A stretch of 64,000 nucleotides of DNA from Chlorokybus atmophyticus (GCA_009103225.1 RHPI01001715.1:386999-450998); one strand, 5' to 3'. Positions 51,101 through 62,812 are shown, counted from the stretch's first letter. A program made the numbers and translations. The notes: a model not told the origin generated them from the letters alone.

Positions 51101-52545
51101 TCCCTCCATCTCCTTCTACGAAGAGGTCTTGCGTCAGCCACTTTTTTACAACGCAGCTGTGGTTGACGAGAGCGGTCGTCCTTTGGGCGCTCGCCGCAGT
51201 CGGGCTCGTTGGCGAGAGTGGGCGGCCGCAGGGTTCTACCGTGTCGTGGACCTGTGGGATGAGATCTTGGGCTCTCCCTACCCGGCCTCCGTCCTTGCTC
51301 ACTACGCCCCCACACGCACAGCTGAGTGCCTCGCGGAGCTGTGGTCGTGTATCCCCCCCATTTGGCGCTCTCTTCTCGATGCAGGCCCCTCCACCCCCGT
51401 CGCGGAGCAGTGGTGGGCGACGCTCTGGCCTGACGGCACGCTCAAAGCGGTTGTGTACATCTCCTCTGTCTCTCCCCCTGCCTGTGGGTGTTGCTTTCAC
51501 TCTTGGAGGGCCAGAAGGCAACTCCCTGTCAGCCCCAGTGGTGGACGTTCGCCTTCCCTTCAGCCAGCTGCGTAGGGTTCGTGTTCTTCCTCCCCCACTT
51601 CGCTGGAGGCAGCGTCCGGCAGTGGGCTCGCCAGCATGGAGGGACCTCTCCCCCCACTCCCGCTACTTGGGTTGGAACCTGGCAGGGGGGGCCCTTCTCT
51701 CAGACCTTCACGCTGACCCCGCCCTGACTGTGTGGGATCCCTCGCTCCCCCCCGCTCACTCCACCGCCTTCTCCTTGTGGGACTATTCCCCCAAGCTTGG
51801 GTACCGCACCCTCTGCTCTAGGCGCTCTCGCGCCCCTGTCCCCGCCACCTCTCGTTGGTCTCTGCTCTCCCTTGTTATCCCGTGGAAACCGCCTGTTTCC
51901 ACACCTGAGGTGTGGCTTAACATTCACCGGCTACCCTTGTCTGGGAAAGTACGCTCGCTGTTGTGGTTACTTTCCCGCAAGGCCTTGTTCACTGGGGATC
52001 GCCTCCGTCACATGGGCTTCCCGGCTGCCTGTCTTTCGTGCCTCCAGGAGGAGGTGGAGGACCCGTTGCATCTTTTTGTTCTCTGCCCCGTGGCCGAGGC
52101 GACGTGGTGCTGGCTGCGGGCCCTTTTCAGTCGTATGGGGTGGGTGGGGGTGGACTGCTCCCCTCTCTCTCTCCTCTTCGGTTTGGGCGACCAGCCTTCT
52201 CCCTCTCCATTCACCTCCCTCTGGCGCATTTTGCGTCCGCTTGCTCTTTGGCAACTATGGGCGGCCCGTTGCCGTGTTCAGTATGATGCAGCCCCTCCTT
52301 CTACGCTTCACGTTGTCGCTCGGCTGTCGGTCGATATGCACAGGCATATGCGGGACGCCTGGCTAGAGGTGTGCACGACACCCTTGAAGGAGGACGCCCG
52401 CCAGCAGGCCTTTTCCTCCTTCTCGTCCTCTTGGGGGGCGGGCTCCGTCTTGTGCACGTGTGTGTGGGTCCTCCCTTCCCCACACCTCATCTCCCATTAC
52501 CCCTTTCACTCATCGGCTTCTCCCTCTTCCCCTACCTCACTCTGA
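48129..52545 (+). pseudogene. LINE ORF2: APE endonuclease, RT and zf-RVT, with one nonsense codon and one frameshift
   Basis: STWNVRSL, FLQETKL, GGDWNAV, RLDRFY, SDHRRV (APE); PGRDGL, WRPITLL, DFEKAFD, RQGCPLAP, EYADD (RT); CLSC...EDPLHLFVLCP (zinc finger). TAA at 50919-50921 and a frame change near 51560. Confidence 0.93.
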
Positions 52546-53058
52546 CTTCCGCACTCCTTTTCCCTCTCTCGTTTTTCTTCTCCCTGCTGACACTCGCTCT
52601 TCTCCCTGCTCTCTCACCTGTCTCCCTTGCTGTAGCTTAGCTCTCTCTACTCTTTAGCTGTCCTGCTTGTTTTGACTAGCTCTCTAGTACTTAGTTTTCA
52701 TTCGTAAGTGCTGGCTTGTGTAACGGTGTGCTACCTCCATAGAGGTTCCCCGCCCTTATTTAGGATTAAATAAGGGTCCCAACGGGATTATACAGCCTAT
52801 TAAGCCTTATTAGGGCCGTTAACCTAGTGTTAAGGCCCTAATGTAGTGTTACTTAACTATAACACTGATATCGACATGAGACATGAGTCTCATGTCGATA
52901 TCAGCTGCATGGCGGCGCTGCTAACGCAGCGGCCGCCATAGCCAGAGGATCTTTTGCTCTGGCAACTGCCCCGGCAGTGGCGGCGGCGGCGGCGAGGCTG
53001 GTGGTGGTGTTGGGGTAGGGGATTAAAGGGAGGAGGGGCACACCCTCTCTCCTGACAT

Positions 53059-53070
53059 TGGTATCGGAGC
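53059..53070 (+). other. Primer-binding site for initiator tRNA-Met
   Basis: TGGTATCGGAGC one base after the 5' LTR; one mismatch to the canonical TGGTATCAGAGC. Confidence 0.9.
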
Positions 53071-53885
53071 ACGGGCGGCAAGGGGCCTGTGGGAGGGGCG
53101 GCGGCAGGCGGCAGGCACTGCAGGGGCGGCGGCAGGCACTGCGTCGGCAGGCGGCACTGCGGCGGCAAACTAGCGGTAGTTAAAAGTTTTGTTTGGTTTA
53201 ACTGTTGTAGTTAAACGCTGCTGCTGGTGCCTAGCCTAGCCTAGCCTAGCCTATGCATGCCATGCCATGCCATGCCTAACTTGTCCTAGTTTAGTTGTTA
53301 TTGTGTGAAGGGGGGCGGCCATCCAGGCCCCTCCCTGAAGCATTGCATCCAAGCACATAACATAGTAATCATATATTGTTTACTATAATCTTTGTGTGCT
53401 AACCACCACGTGGATTCGTGGTGGTGAAGGGCTTTTTATCTATTTTTTTGGATAAATTCCCTTGGGGGCAGTTCGGTGGCAACATCGACTGTCTCGGTAC
53501 CGCCAGTCAGTGCGGTGAGGCCGCCAGAATTTTTCTGTGCGGTCGATATCAAACTCACAACTCACAACTTGTCGATATCGGCCTGTAGGGCTGATTCAAC
53601 GAGATTTTGGCACTTTGGGTGTCAATTGTGATTGTAAGTTGAGCTGGGTTGTACAAAGTGAAAACTTTGAGCAGCCATAGCTCGTGAGCCGTCGCGTGCA
53701 TTCGCGTGCGGTTTGTTGCACAGTGATTGTCTAGTTGAGAGGTGTGTGGAGAGCTCTTGTTTGGGCTGAATACTCCACGTTTACCCCTCCAAACTTGACA
53801 GGACAAAATCACTAGTATTCGACGTTTTCATAGTGCACAACTTTCCGTGTTTGTGCACTATTTGAACAGTGTTATCCTTGGGCAG

Positions 53886-55352
53886 ATGTCTGACCAAGGA
53901 GAGGGAGGTGAAAAGTACTTCACCGTCCCTGATTCATCATCCTCATATGAGCCATCCAGTGATGACAAAGTGAGGGACTCGGACACGAGTGAGAGCTATA
54001 AGCTCACTGACAGTGACAAGGAAGAAGAGGCTAAGCAAGATAGCGAAGCTTCCCCCGACCTGTCTACCCACAGTGAGCCAGCTGTAATGGACACACCGAG
54101 TGTCATTGGCGGAGCCATTGAAAAGTATGCGCGCGAGCGCAAGACTTTACTTGACGCCCACCCGCAGCTTCGTCAAGAAGTGTGGGATGCATGGGCGCAG
54201 AAGGTTCGTAATGGCTATGAAACAGATTTTGCCACTCTCCCTCGCACTAGTAAGGAGATGGTGATCCGCATGATTGAGCACGAGTTGACGAACAATGTTC
54301 CGCCACTCGTGCGTGGTGATCCAAAAGTGGCTGCTCTGATGGCCGTCTACGATAGGCCGCTCCCATACGAAGGGAAGCGGATGGCGTTTGAGGCCTTAGC
54401 CAACTTGATGGTTGAAACGCAGCAGCGTTGCAAGGATGTGTTCTGGTACTTGGGACCTAACTTGGAAAATAAGTTGGCTGGCCGAGTGAAGTTGGAGGCA
54501 CGCCTCGATGCGATGCAATCTGAGTTGATGGCGCTGCGTCAGCAAGTAGCGGGTGCTGCTTCATCAGTTGGCGCATCAGTGGGGCTGCCGGTTACGGCAT
54601 TGAACAAACCTGAAAAGTTCAAGCCTAACGGTAGTGTAAGTATCCATGATTGGGTGGTGACTGTCGAACATTACCTGACAGCGCTAAAGCGCCCGGTGGG
54701 TGAGCACGTTGCCGTTGCTGAGTTGCTTATGCCATCTGATGCTCTCGCCGAGTGGGCACGACAAACAGAGCATGGCGCTGTGAAGACAGTACCAGCACTG
54801 TTTCAGTTTCTGATGGAGCGCTATGGTGGCATGGATCCGGCTACTCAGGCTCGTAACAAACTTAGCAAGTTGCGACAGAATGGTCGAGCAGCATCAGTGT
54901 ATCTGCAGGAGTTCCAAGCATTAGTTGGTCGTGCCAATAGCGGCCTGATGCCTATGGACAAAGCTGAGCAGTTCGAGTTGTACAAGCGTGGCTTGGATGC
55001 GCGTGTTCGCGATCAGCTGCAGTACAACACTGCAACGGGGCTTCCTTGGGTTCCTGATGACTTGGCCAAGCTGCAAAAGCTAAGTGTTTACCTGTACAAT
55101 GATGACACGGTCGTGCAGGAAAAGTCGAACGTGACAGCTATGGCCAAGCCGCAAGGGGGGGAAATAAAGCGCTATCCTCCGCCGAGTGTACATGTGGCGA
55201 AGAAAGCGAAGACATTCGCTCCTCGAATTGGTGGTACGTCTGCTGGTAATGCACCTACTGCAGCTCGCACCTGTTTCATCTGCCATCAGCCGGGTCACGT
55301 TGCAAAGGCCTGTCCTACGAAGGCGAAGGGCAAAGCCAAGAAGGTTGAATAG
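53886..55352 (+). CDS. Chromovirus Gag
   Basis: Open frame with an acidic N-terminus, KPEKF...DW...EHY capsid-like region and zinc knuckle CFICHQPGHVAKAC, ending KAKKVE-TAG. Confidence 0.92.
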   Translation: MSDQGEGGEKYFTVPDSSSSYEPSSDDKVRDSDTSESYKLTDSDKEEEAKQDSEASPDLSTHSEPAVMDTPSVIGGAIEKYARERKTLLDAHPQLRQEVWDAWAQKVRNGYETDFATLPRTSKEMVIRMIEHELTNNVPPLVRGDPKVAALMAVYDRPLPYEGKRMAFEALANLMVETQQRCKDVFWYLGPNLENKLAGRVKLEARLDAMQSELMALRQQVAGAASSVGASVGLPVTALNKPEKFKPNGSVSIHDWVVTVEHYLTALKRPVGEHVAVAELLMPSDALAEWARQTEHGAVKTVPALFQFLMERYGGMDPATQARNKLSKLRQNGRAASVYLQEFQALVGRANSGLMPMDKAEQFELYKRGLDARVRDQLQYNTATGLPWVPDDLAKLQKLSVYLYNDDTVVQEKSNVTAMAKPQGGEIKRYPPPSVHVAKKAKTFAPRIGGTSAGNAPTAARTCFICHQPGHVAKACPTKAKGKAKKVE

Positions 55353-58000
55353 GATTACGCTGTGGCTGATGTAGCAAAGGTTGATAGTCAGTTGCTTGAG
55401 ATACAAGCAGTTAACTGGTTTGATAATCTGTCTCAAATGCATGTAATGACGCATGCATGGCAAACACATCACAAGTTACCACTGTTTGATGTTGCAACAG
55501 TGGAAGCAAATACTTGTGTACTGGTACATGTGAAATTTAACATGCTTACCGACGTGTTGCACACATTGAGTGAATTGCAATGTAAACACAGATCCCTGAG
55601 TGTGGTAGCAATGGTGCCAAAATATCATGGCCCATGGTTGAAGTATACTCGAGGGGGTACTGTTTTAAAACAATTCACCAAGCGCGAGACTGGGACAATT
55701 CGATTATCAGCAATATTAATCAACCCCCGCATTAGTCACGGATTCTTGGCTACCTTTCAAGGACGAGTGGTACCTTTGTTGTGGACATTCAGTGGCACAA
55801 TGCAAGGTGTGAATAGCTCGTTTTTGATTGACACTGGTGCGACACACAACTTCGTGGACGAGCAATGGGTTGCGCGCAATAAAATCATGCGCAAACCCTC
55901 AGCATTTTCGGCTGCCGGTGCTGGGGGTACATTGCCAGTGACGGGAGAAGTAAAATTGAAGGTTAAAATTGGTAATTATTATGCCAATCTTGCCTTTATA
56001 GTAGTAGCAATCAACATATCTGGTGTTGATGTGGTACTAGGCCAAGAATGGCAAAATAATGTCACAATGACATTGGATACGGGTGCACGCTTGTGCACAG
56101 TAAAGAAAGGCGGTAAGCGGATTACATTGTCTGTGAAAGGGTCGCATAGCTTGGAATTCAAGCAACCCGACCCTGCGTTACTCACGGCACTACAGGTGAA
56201 ACGTGCGTTGCGCAAAAACACACCGGCTTTTCTGGTACATTTGTCTTCATCAGATGACATTGCGCCGGGTAGTACTGAAGGTGTGGCAGACCTCATTGAG
56301 GAATATCAAGATGTGTTCTCAGATGAGTTGCCGGGCTTGCCTCCTGACCGAGGTGTCGGACACACTATACCATTAATTCCTGATAGTGATCCTCCTTTTC
56401 GGCCAATATATAGGCTAAGCCCTAGAGAAAGGGGGGAAATGGAAACACAAATCAAGGAGTTATTGGAAAAAGGATTGATTGAACCAAGTTCTTCACCCTT
56501 TGGCGCACCCATCCTATTTGTGATGAAAAAGAATGGAAAATTGCGCATGTGTGTGGACTATCGTGCTTTAAACAAAATCACGGTGAAAAATCGATACCCG
56601 TTGCCACGGATTGATGACGTGTTTGATAAACTATCAGGTAATGCATACTTCAGTACATTAGACCTGACAAGTGGATATCATCAGATCCGAATTCATTCCG
56701 CTGATGTCTATAAGACAGCTTTCAGAACACCTTCGGGCCATTATCAATACAAAGTGCTACCCTTTGGATTGACGAATGCGCCTGCTGTGTTTCAGAAGGA
56801 AATGAATAAAATTTTCGGTAATATACTTGGCAAGTATGTTATGGTTTACTTGGATGACATTATTGTCTTTAGTAAAACCAAAGAGGAACATAAGCAACAC
56901 TTAGAAGCGGTGTTTACTTTGTTGCGGAAGCATCATTTATTTGCCAGCCTTGCAAAATGTGACTTTTGCAAATCGGAGTTACCATTCTTGGGACATGTTG
57001 TGAGTGGTGCGGGTGTAAAGCCTGACCCTCGCAAGGTGCAAGTTGTCAAGAATTGGCCTCAACCCAAAAATATTCATCAACTGAGATCATTTTTGGGATT
57101 GGCAAATTATTTTCGCAAATTTATGATGGGTTATTCTACAGTTGTAATGCCCTTGACTAAATTGTTGCGAAAGGACGCGCCATTTTCTTGGACGTCAGAC
57201 CAAGAAGCTGCTATGCAACAAGTGAAGTTAGCATTAACTTCAGCTCCAGTATTGGCATTGCCAAATTGGGATAAACATTTCACTGTGGTCAGTGATGCTT
57301 CCACCCTTGGGTGTGGTGCAGTACTACTGCAAGACGGCAGACCATGTGCTTATGAAAGTAGGAAGTTTATCCCAGCGGAGGTAAACTACACTACTACTGA
57401 GCAAGAGTTGCTTGGTGTCGTACATGCTCTCGAAACTTGGCGATGTTACTTAGAGGGAGTTCAGTTCACAGTGGTGACTGATCACAACCCATTAGTATAC
57501 TTCTCAACGCAGCTGACCTTGTCACGTAGGCAAGCTCGCTGGAATGAGTTTCTGTCGCGATTTACTTTTGAATGGGTATATCGGCCTGGCAGAACTAATG
57601 TGGCAGATCCTTTAAGTCGCTGTCCGTCATTATTGGCAGTTATGCGTGCGCAATTGCTTGCGACGCAAGTTACATTGCCCGCTAATGATGCATTTGTGCA
57701 ATCTGTTTTGCATGGGTATTCCTTAGACCCATGGTTCTCACGGCAAGAGAATATACAACAGCTTGAAGCACGAGACAACTTGTATTATATGGGTGCTAGC
57801 TTGGTGATACCTGACCATGCTGGGCTACGCATGCAATGCATAGCTGATGTACACGACCCACCGTACGCTGGGCACTTTGGAAATCGCAAGACTACCAAGG
57901 CAGCGCAACAGCTGTACTGGTGGCCATCGTTGCCTGTTGACGTAAAGCGTTATGTTGACACCTGTGACAAATGTCAGCGTGACAAGCCGTTACGTCAGAA
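55353..58000 (+). CDS. Chromovirus Pol (extra N-terminal domain, protease, RT, RNase H, start of integrase), in frame with gag after a single TAG
   Basis: FLIDTGATHNF (protease); LRMCVDYRALN, LDLTSGYHQI, YLDDIIVFS (RT); DAS...ESRK...EQELL...TDH (RNase H); H..PYAGH...CDKC (integrase HHCC). Truncated by the gap; the ORF-track end at 58109 is a gap artefact. Confidence 0.95.
55400..55700 (+). other. Extra pre-protease domain resembling a degenerate Dam-like N6-adenine methyltransferase
   Basis: VLVHVKFNMLTDVLHTL...SVVAMVPKYHGPW...VLKQF has the spacing of the VWxNPPF...L.....VxxVPxW..PW...L..Y pattern I recall from retroelement Dam-like domains, but HVKF replaces NPPF. By-eye alignment only. Confidence 0.4.
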
Positions 58001-58010
58001 NNNNNNNNNN

Positions 58011-58302
58011 AATACGAATTCACAATGTGTTTCATGTGAGTGTACTGAAACCGTACCGATCAGACGGTCGGGTTCAACCCCCTCCACCCCCAGTCGCAGT
58101 GGATGGTGACAATACATTTGAGTATGAGGTGGAAGCAATCCTAAGTCACCTTAAGCCTCGACGCGGACGCGCGCCGTCCTACTTGGTGAAATGGAAAGGG
58201 TATGGTGTTGAACACAATACATGGGAGCCCGAAAGGAATCTTACCAACTGCCAAGAGGTTCTTCGGGGGTACTGGAGTACTGTGTCCACACGCGAACGGT
58301 AA
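58011..58302 (+). CDS. Integrase C-terminus and chromodomain of the chromovirus
   Basis: IHNVFHVSVLKPY followed by YEVEAILSH...YLVKWKGYGVEHNTWEPERNL; the aromatic cage residues Y, W and Y are present. Confidence 0.93.
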
Positions 58303-59200
58303 AAGGGTGCTGGCAGACATCTTTACCGCTTCGGCCTTGGTTCTCTCACTGCTTTCGTTTTGTGACTCGTGATGGGGCTTTGCTAACCCTTCAATGAGGA
58401 CATTGAAACCTAAGTGGGGGGGAATGTAACGGTGTGCCTCCATAGAGGTTCCCCGCCCTTATTTAGGATTAAATAAGGGTCCCAACGGGATTATACAGCC
58501 TATTAAGCCTTATTAGGGCCGTTAACCTAGTGTTAAGGCCCTAATGTAGTGTTACTTAACTATAACACTGATATCGACATGAGACATGAGTCTCATGTGG
58601 ATATCAGCTGCATGGCGGCGCTGCTAACGCAGCGGCCGCCATAGCCAGAGGATCTTTTGCTCTGGCAACTGCCCCGGCAGTGGCGGCGGCGGCGGCGAGG
58701 CTGGTGGTGGTGTTGGGGTAGGGGATTAAAGGGAGGAGGGGCACACCCTCTCTCCTGACAGCTTGGATGCGTTAACATCTATTCTTTAATACAACTTTCC
58801 CCTGAGAGGTTTTCACAAAAAAACAAATGGCAATCCGCCGGTGACGATCGTAAGTACCGGATCCCCAACAGCGTTAAGGATTTGATATTTACGTAATCAT
58901 GGGTTTAGGCAGTGAGAAAGACTTGTGTAAGTCGCAATTACAGTTCTGACCAATTCGTTAACATGCGTCTTTACTCCCCAATGCAATTGAGGACTCGACA
59001 ATAACATTAGAATGCATTTAGGTTGCATGCTAAAGCTGTACACATCATCATTGAAATTGTGACTGGTTCCATCAATGATACGAGACCTCATACTTAACAA
59101 ACTCGGAACGCTAGGATCGATCTTTCCATGATTACAAACATAATAATTAAACGACCTCATCACTGCCAAATTGCCAGTTCAACCCCGCGGCCAATTTATA

Positions 59201-59241
59201 GCTTGCCCCGCGGCCTGCTAGTAGCAGGCCGCGGGGTAAGC
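59201..59241. repeat. GC-rich 20-bp palindrome with a 1-nt loop
   Basis: GCTTGCCCCGCGGCCTGCTA-G-TAGCAGGCCGCGGGGTAAGC (one G-T pair); a partial third arm CCCCGCGGCC lies at 59183-59192. Confidence 0.95.
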
Positions 59242-59517
59242 AAGTAGAAGGCTGCGACTTGCATGTATAATCATTGGTAAACCGTGGTAGCACATGAGGT
59301 AAACATGTAAATACTTGACCCCAACTCCGCAAACAACCTTGCGTCGGCAGGTGACGCATGGCGCATAATGCAAGCATCTGCCGGTGATCTCGCGCTGTGA
59401 TTTTAACAAAACGGCAAGTCGCACAAAGTCTCCCTCTCCATGTCACCTTTATACAGGTAAATTCCACCTTCACCTTTATCTTTTTCATGCAAGTGGTATA
59501 TATATAAGAATACCGCG

Positions 59518-59587
59518 GTATATATATACATGTATGTATATATATATGTATATATATATATATATATATCGGTATATATACATATAC
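59518..59587. repeat. Imperfect (TA)n microsatellite
   Basis: TA-dinucleotide run with a few interruptions. A longer (TA)n flanks the gap at 61570-61894. Confidence 0.9.
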
Positions 59588-61565
59588 CGGTAGTGCCGTT
59601 GCATGCAGCTGTTGGTGCATGCGTGATGCGTGCATTGCGGCACGTGAGCCAATTGAGGCAGCCGCTGTAAAGGATATATTATTTACAAACGCGTGGCAGT
59701 GTTTCTCATATCGTCGTAATCCAGCCGGTCAATGTGTAGGTCGTATGCTGTTGCTTGCTAACCCAACAGGTTCTTCCGCGCAGGTTTGAAACTCGGCTAT
59801 TGAGACATGAAAACCCATGTGCTGTGGCTATTTTGTTTTTTCGCCGCGAACTGCGGCCATAACATTTTTGGTTAGATCACGCATTAAGATCAATGCCCTC
59901 ATACACGATCCAACCAAAGATTAATACAGGATGTGGCCATTATTAAGTTCAAGAAAGACAAATACCGAACTTAATGCACACCAGCTGGTTGACCTTAATG
60001 GCAGCTCGATACCAAACAAAGTTGTGGCTGCAGCAGCAAATGTGCAAACATTGATATGTTGCTTGCATGTGGATCCCTAATTAAGTTATAGCTGAATCTC
60101 CATTTGGATTGTGGGCAAGGCCGAACTGTTGGGGGGCCATTTCTACCGGTGTACAGCCCCTGATGCGAATAAGCCAATAAAGCTAAAGAATAGCAGTTTA
60201 AGCTCCCAGACCTCCACAGTCTAGCCCCAAATGGCAGACTCTGATAAACCCTTGTTATTAAAGTGCACACTTCCGCCAAGATTTTTGGACAAGCTCTTAA
60301 CCCGGCGTATGTGAGCGCATAACCTGTTGAGATGCAAGCTTCCCAGGCGTAGAAGCACAACACCACAACCTCAAAATGTATGTACAGCAAGCAAAAAAGA
60401 CCAGACCAAACCACGCCAGACAAGTGCAGACCACGCCTAGGCCAAGGCTTCCGCCGCCATCAGACTCAACCACAAGCAAGGTGAACCATGTTAAACGTGT
60501 GTGAGCGTCCCCTTGTCCCCTTGTACCCTTGTAGCACTTAACTCTACAAAGAACTCGACATACAAGCTCAAAACAGTATACAAGGCGCGTCCAATGAGCA
60601 TAAGACCCCAACAACAGTCAAACGGTTTCAACAATGTTAGGCCTGATGGCTTCCTGACAAAATTGTCAAGATTAAAGTTCACTAAGTACAAAAGTCATAA
60701 TAACTTAGCTAGACTAAGCTGATTGGAGTCCAATGACGGCTAAACTTAGTTATAAACTCCAACAAGTGTATGTTTGCAGAAGTTTTGCTTGTGTGGTGTT
60801 TGCGTGGTTTGCAACGGGTGCGACACTATTATCAGTAATTTTTAATCAGTCATTTGTATTCGTACCCGTAATCAAACAGCTATTATCTTCCACGCAAGAG
60901 ACGACCTCGACTTGCATATCGGACTTATACCTGAACTCGAACTCTGGATTGAAACCCTAAACATAGCAGGTCTTAAAATCTGTAGAGGTTTGCAACACCG
61001 TTGAGCCTGAGCTCGAGTTTACGCTAGGGTAATCGTCGTTGTTGTTGCTGTTGATGTTAATGATATGTATAAACGTTGTTGTATAGTTGTATGTATTATA
61101 ATTCAAGCCAACTTAACTGCTTAGCCTAGGATCATTATATGGTTTAGCACCGTAATGTGAAAATCAGCATTGATATGTTCATGTTTGAAGTTGTGATGTG
61201 CCAGCATTGGCACATGACATCCTTTATCGCCCATCAACTGTAGTACCGGCACAGAAATTATGTGCCCATTCTGATATGAGTATACGATGCCGAACATGGC
61301 ACTGATGTAATATTGTGCCGGTAGTAATTCAACATTTTGCGTACCAGTATTGGCACAAAAACGCTTGTACCACTTACTAGTAGGTAACTTAGCATCCATT
61401 GCTGGCACAAGAGGTTTTTGCGCTAGTTTCGGGGCTTTGGGTTTGACCCCGAAAGGCAGGTGCCAATACAGGCACATCATACAGGCCTTATGTGTAAGGC
61501 AGCAAGAGTTTTGCCCATGTTGATGTGTCGGAGGTTTGTCGAAGTCAGCATGTGCTGACAGGTCA

Positions 61566-61599
<34 letters not shown>

Positions 61600-62399
61600 N
61601 NNNNNNNNNNNNNNNNNNNNNNNNNNNNNNNNNNNNNNNNNNNNNNNNNNNNNNNNNNNNNNNNNNNNNNNNNNNNNNNNNNNNNNNNNNNNNNNNNNNN
61701 NNNNNNNNNNNNNNNNNNNNNNNNNNNNNNNNNNNNNNNNNNNNNNNNNNNNNNNNNNNNNNNNNNNNNNNNNNNNNNNNNNNNNNNNNNNNNNNNNNNN
61801 NNNNNNNNNNNNNNNNNNNNNNNNNNNNNNNNNNNNNNNNNNNNNNNNNNNNNNNNNNNNNNNNNNNNNNNNATATATATATATATATATATATACACAT
61901 TAGGAGCGAGACCTTGTTGGTCTTGAACAGATCTTGTGTGTCAGGTCGAAGAGCAGCGAGTAGTATAAAGGCATGGCTACCACCTTGTGGTGGTAAAGAG
62001 TTACCGGCCTTACAAGACTACATGTGCCACACAGTGTGTGGGGTGCATGGATGAAGCTGTTCAAGTGCTCGCCCATCCAACTCCCTTGTGGGTTGTTGCT
62101 AGGTGCAAGGTGCGTTGTGAAGTTCTCCTGCTTGTGTAGTAGTGTTTAACCCTCATCAGCAGGTAAGCGAGGGGGTAATGTGATACTCGTGACTTCCAAC
62201 GGATGGCTAGGAAGTTGAGTGATAGGGTTGGAACTCCAATGTATCAACTATGAGGGGTTCCTACAAGGACTATCTCAGAAGTGGTAAGTGGTAGGTAAAA
62301 GCGGATGCTAATAGCGCGGGGAAGTAGGACAGGTCGAAGGGGATTGGGATGCCGTTAGCCCTGGATGCAGGCTGAATGTAGCACATGGCGCCTGCAGTG

Positions 62400-62812
62400 C
62401 GTGCCGTTCACGGCACAAGCAGTCAACTTCTTCGGCGCAGACGGCACAACCAGGCTGTGCCGTCGGGACTTCCTGGTAGAAAAAGCCGTCCGCGGTCGGT
62501 ACGCAGACTGCAGTCTTGTGCCGGCGTCGGCGCCTTTGCTCCCTTGTGCCATTGACGGCACAAGACAGTCTAAGCTGAAGTCGGCACAACAGAGCTGGTG
62601 CCGTGATCGATACAAGGTTCCACATCCCGATCACGGCACGAGACCAGCGATCCGTCGACGGTTTGCCAATCATTGTGCCGCTACCGGTGCAGAAAACTTA
62701 TGCCGAGAGCGGCACAGTAGACTTGTACCGTAGCAAAGCAGCAGCCTTCTCTCCTCCTGCGCTGTGACCGCCAGCGGATTACAACAGTGGCTTGAGCCGA
62801 GAACGGCACAAC
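62400..62812. repeat. Array of CGGCACA/TGTGCCG motifs in both orientations, like a DNA-transposon subterminal region
   Basis: About a dozen exact or near-exact copies in about 410 bp (e.g. 62411, 62442, 62457, 62582, 62710, 62803). No terminal inverted repeat was identified. Confidence 0.55.

Larger units (their letters stand above)
52719..58760 (+). mobile_element. Young Ty3/Gypsy chromovirus with two LTRs, PBS, PPT and a 5-bp TSD
   Basis: LTRs 52719-53057 and 58425-58760 (TG...CA) differ by one 3-nt indel and one substitution. TSD GCTTG at 52714-52718 and 58761-58765; PBS TGGTATCGGAGC 53059-53070; PPT 58412-58424. The integrase core is lost in the 10-N gap at 58001-58010. Confidence 0.96.
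44929..58822 (+). mobile_element. Full-length L1/Tx1-type LINE, interrupted in its 3' UTR by a chromovirus
   Basis: 15-bp TSD ACAAATGGCAATCCG at 44914-44928 and 58823-58837, a short A tail before the right TSD, and an ORF1 plus ORF2 layout. The 3' UTR resumes after 58765. Confidence 0.93.

Noticed and set aside
60000-61540. Possible viral or Polinton gene fragments
   Set aside because: Short ORFs only, with no capsid, polymerase, ATPase or helicase motif recognisable in any frame.
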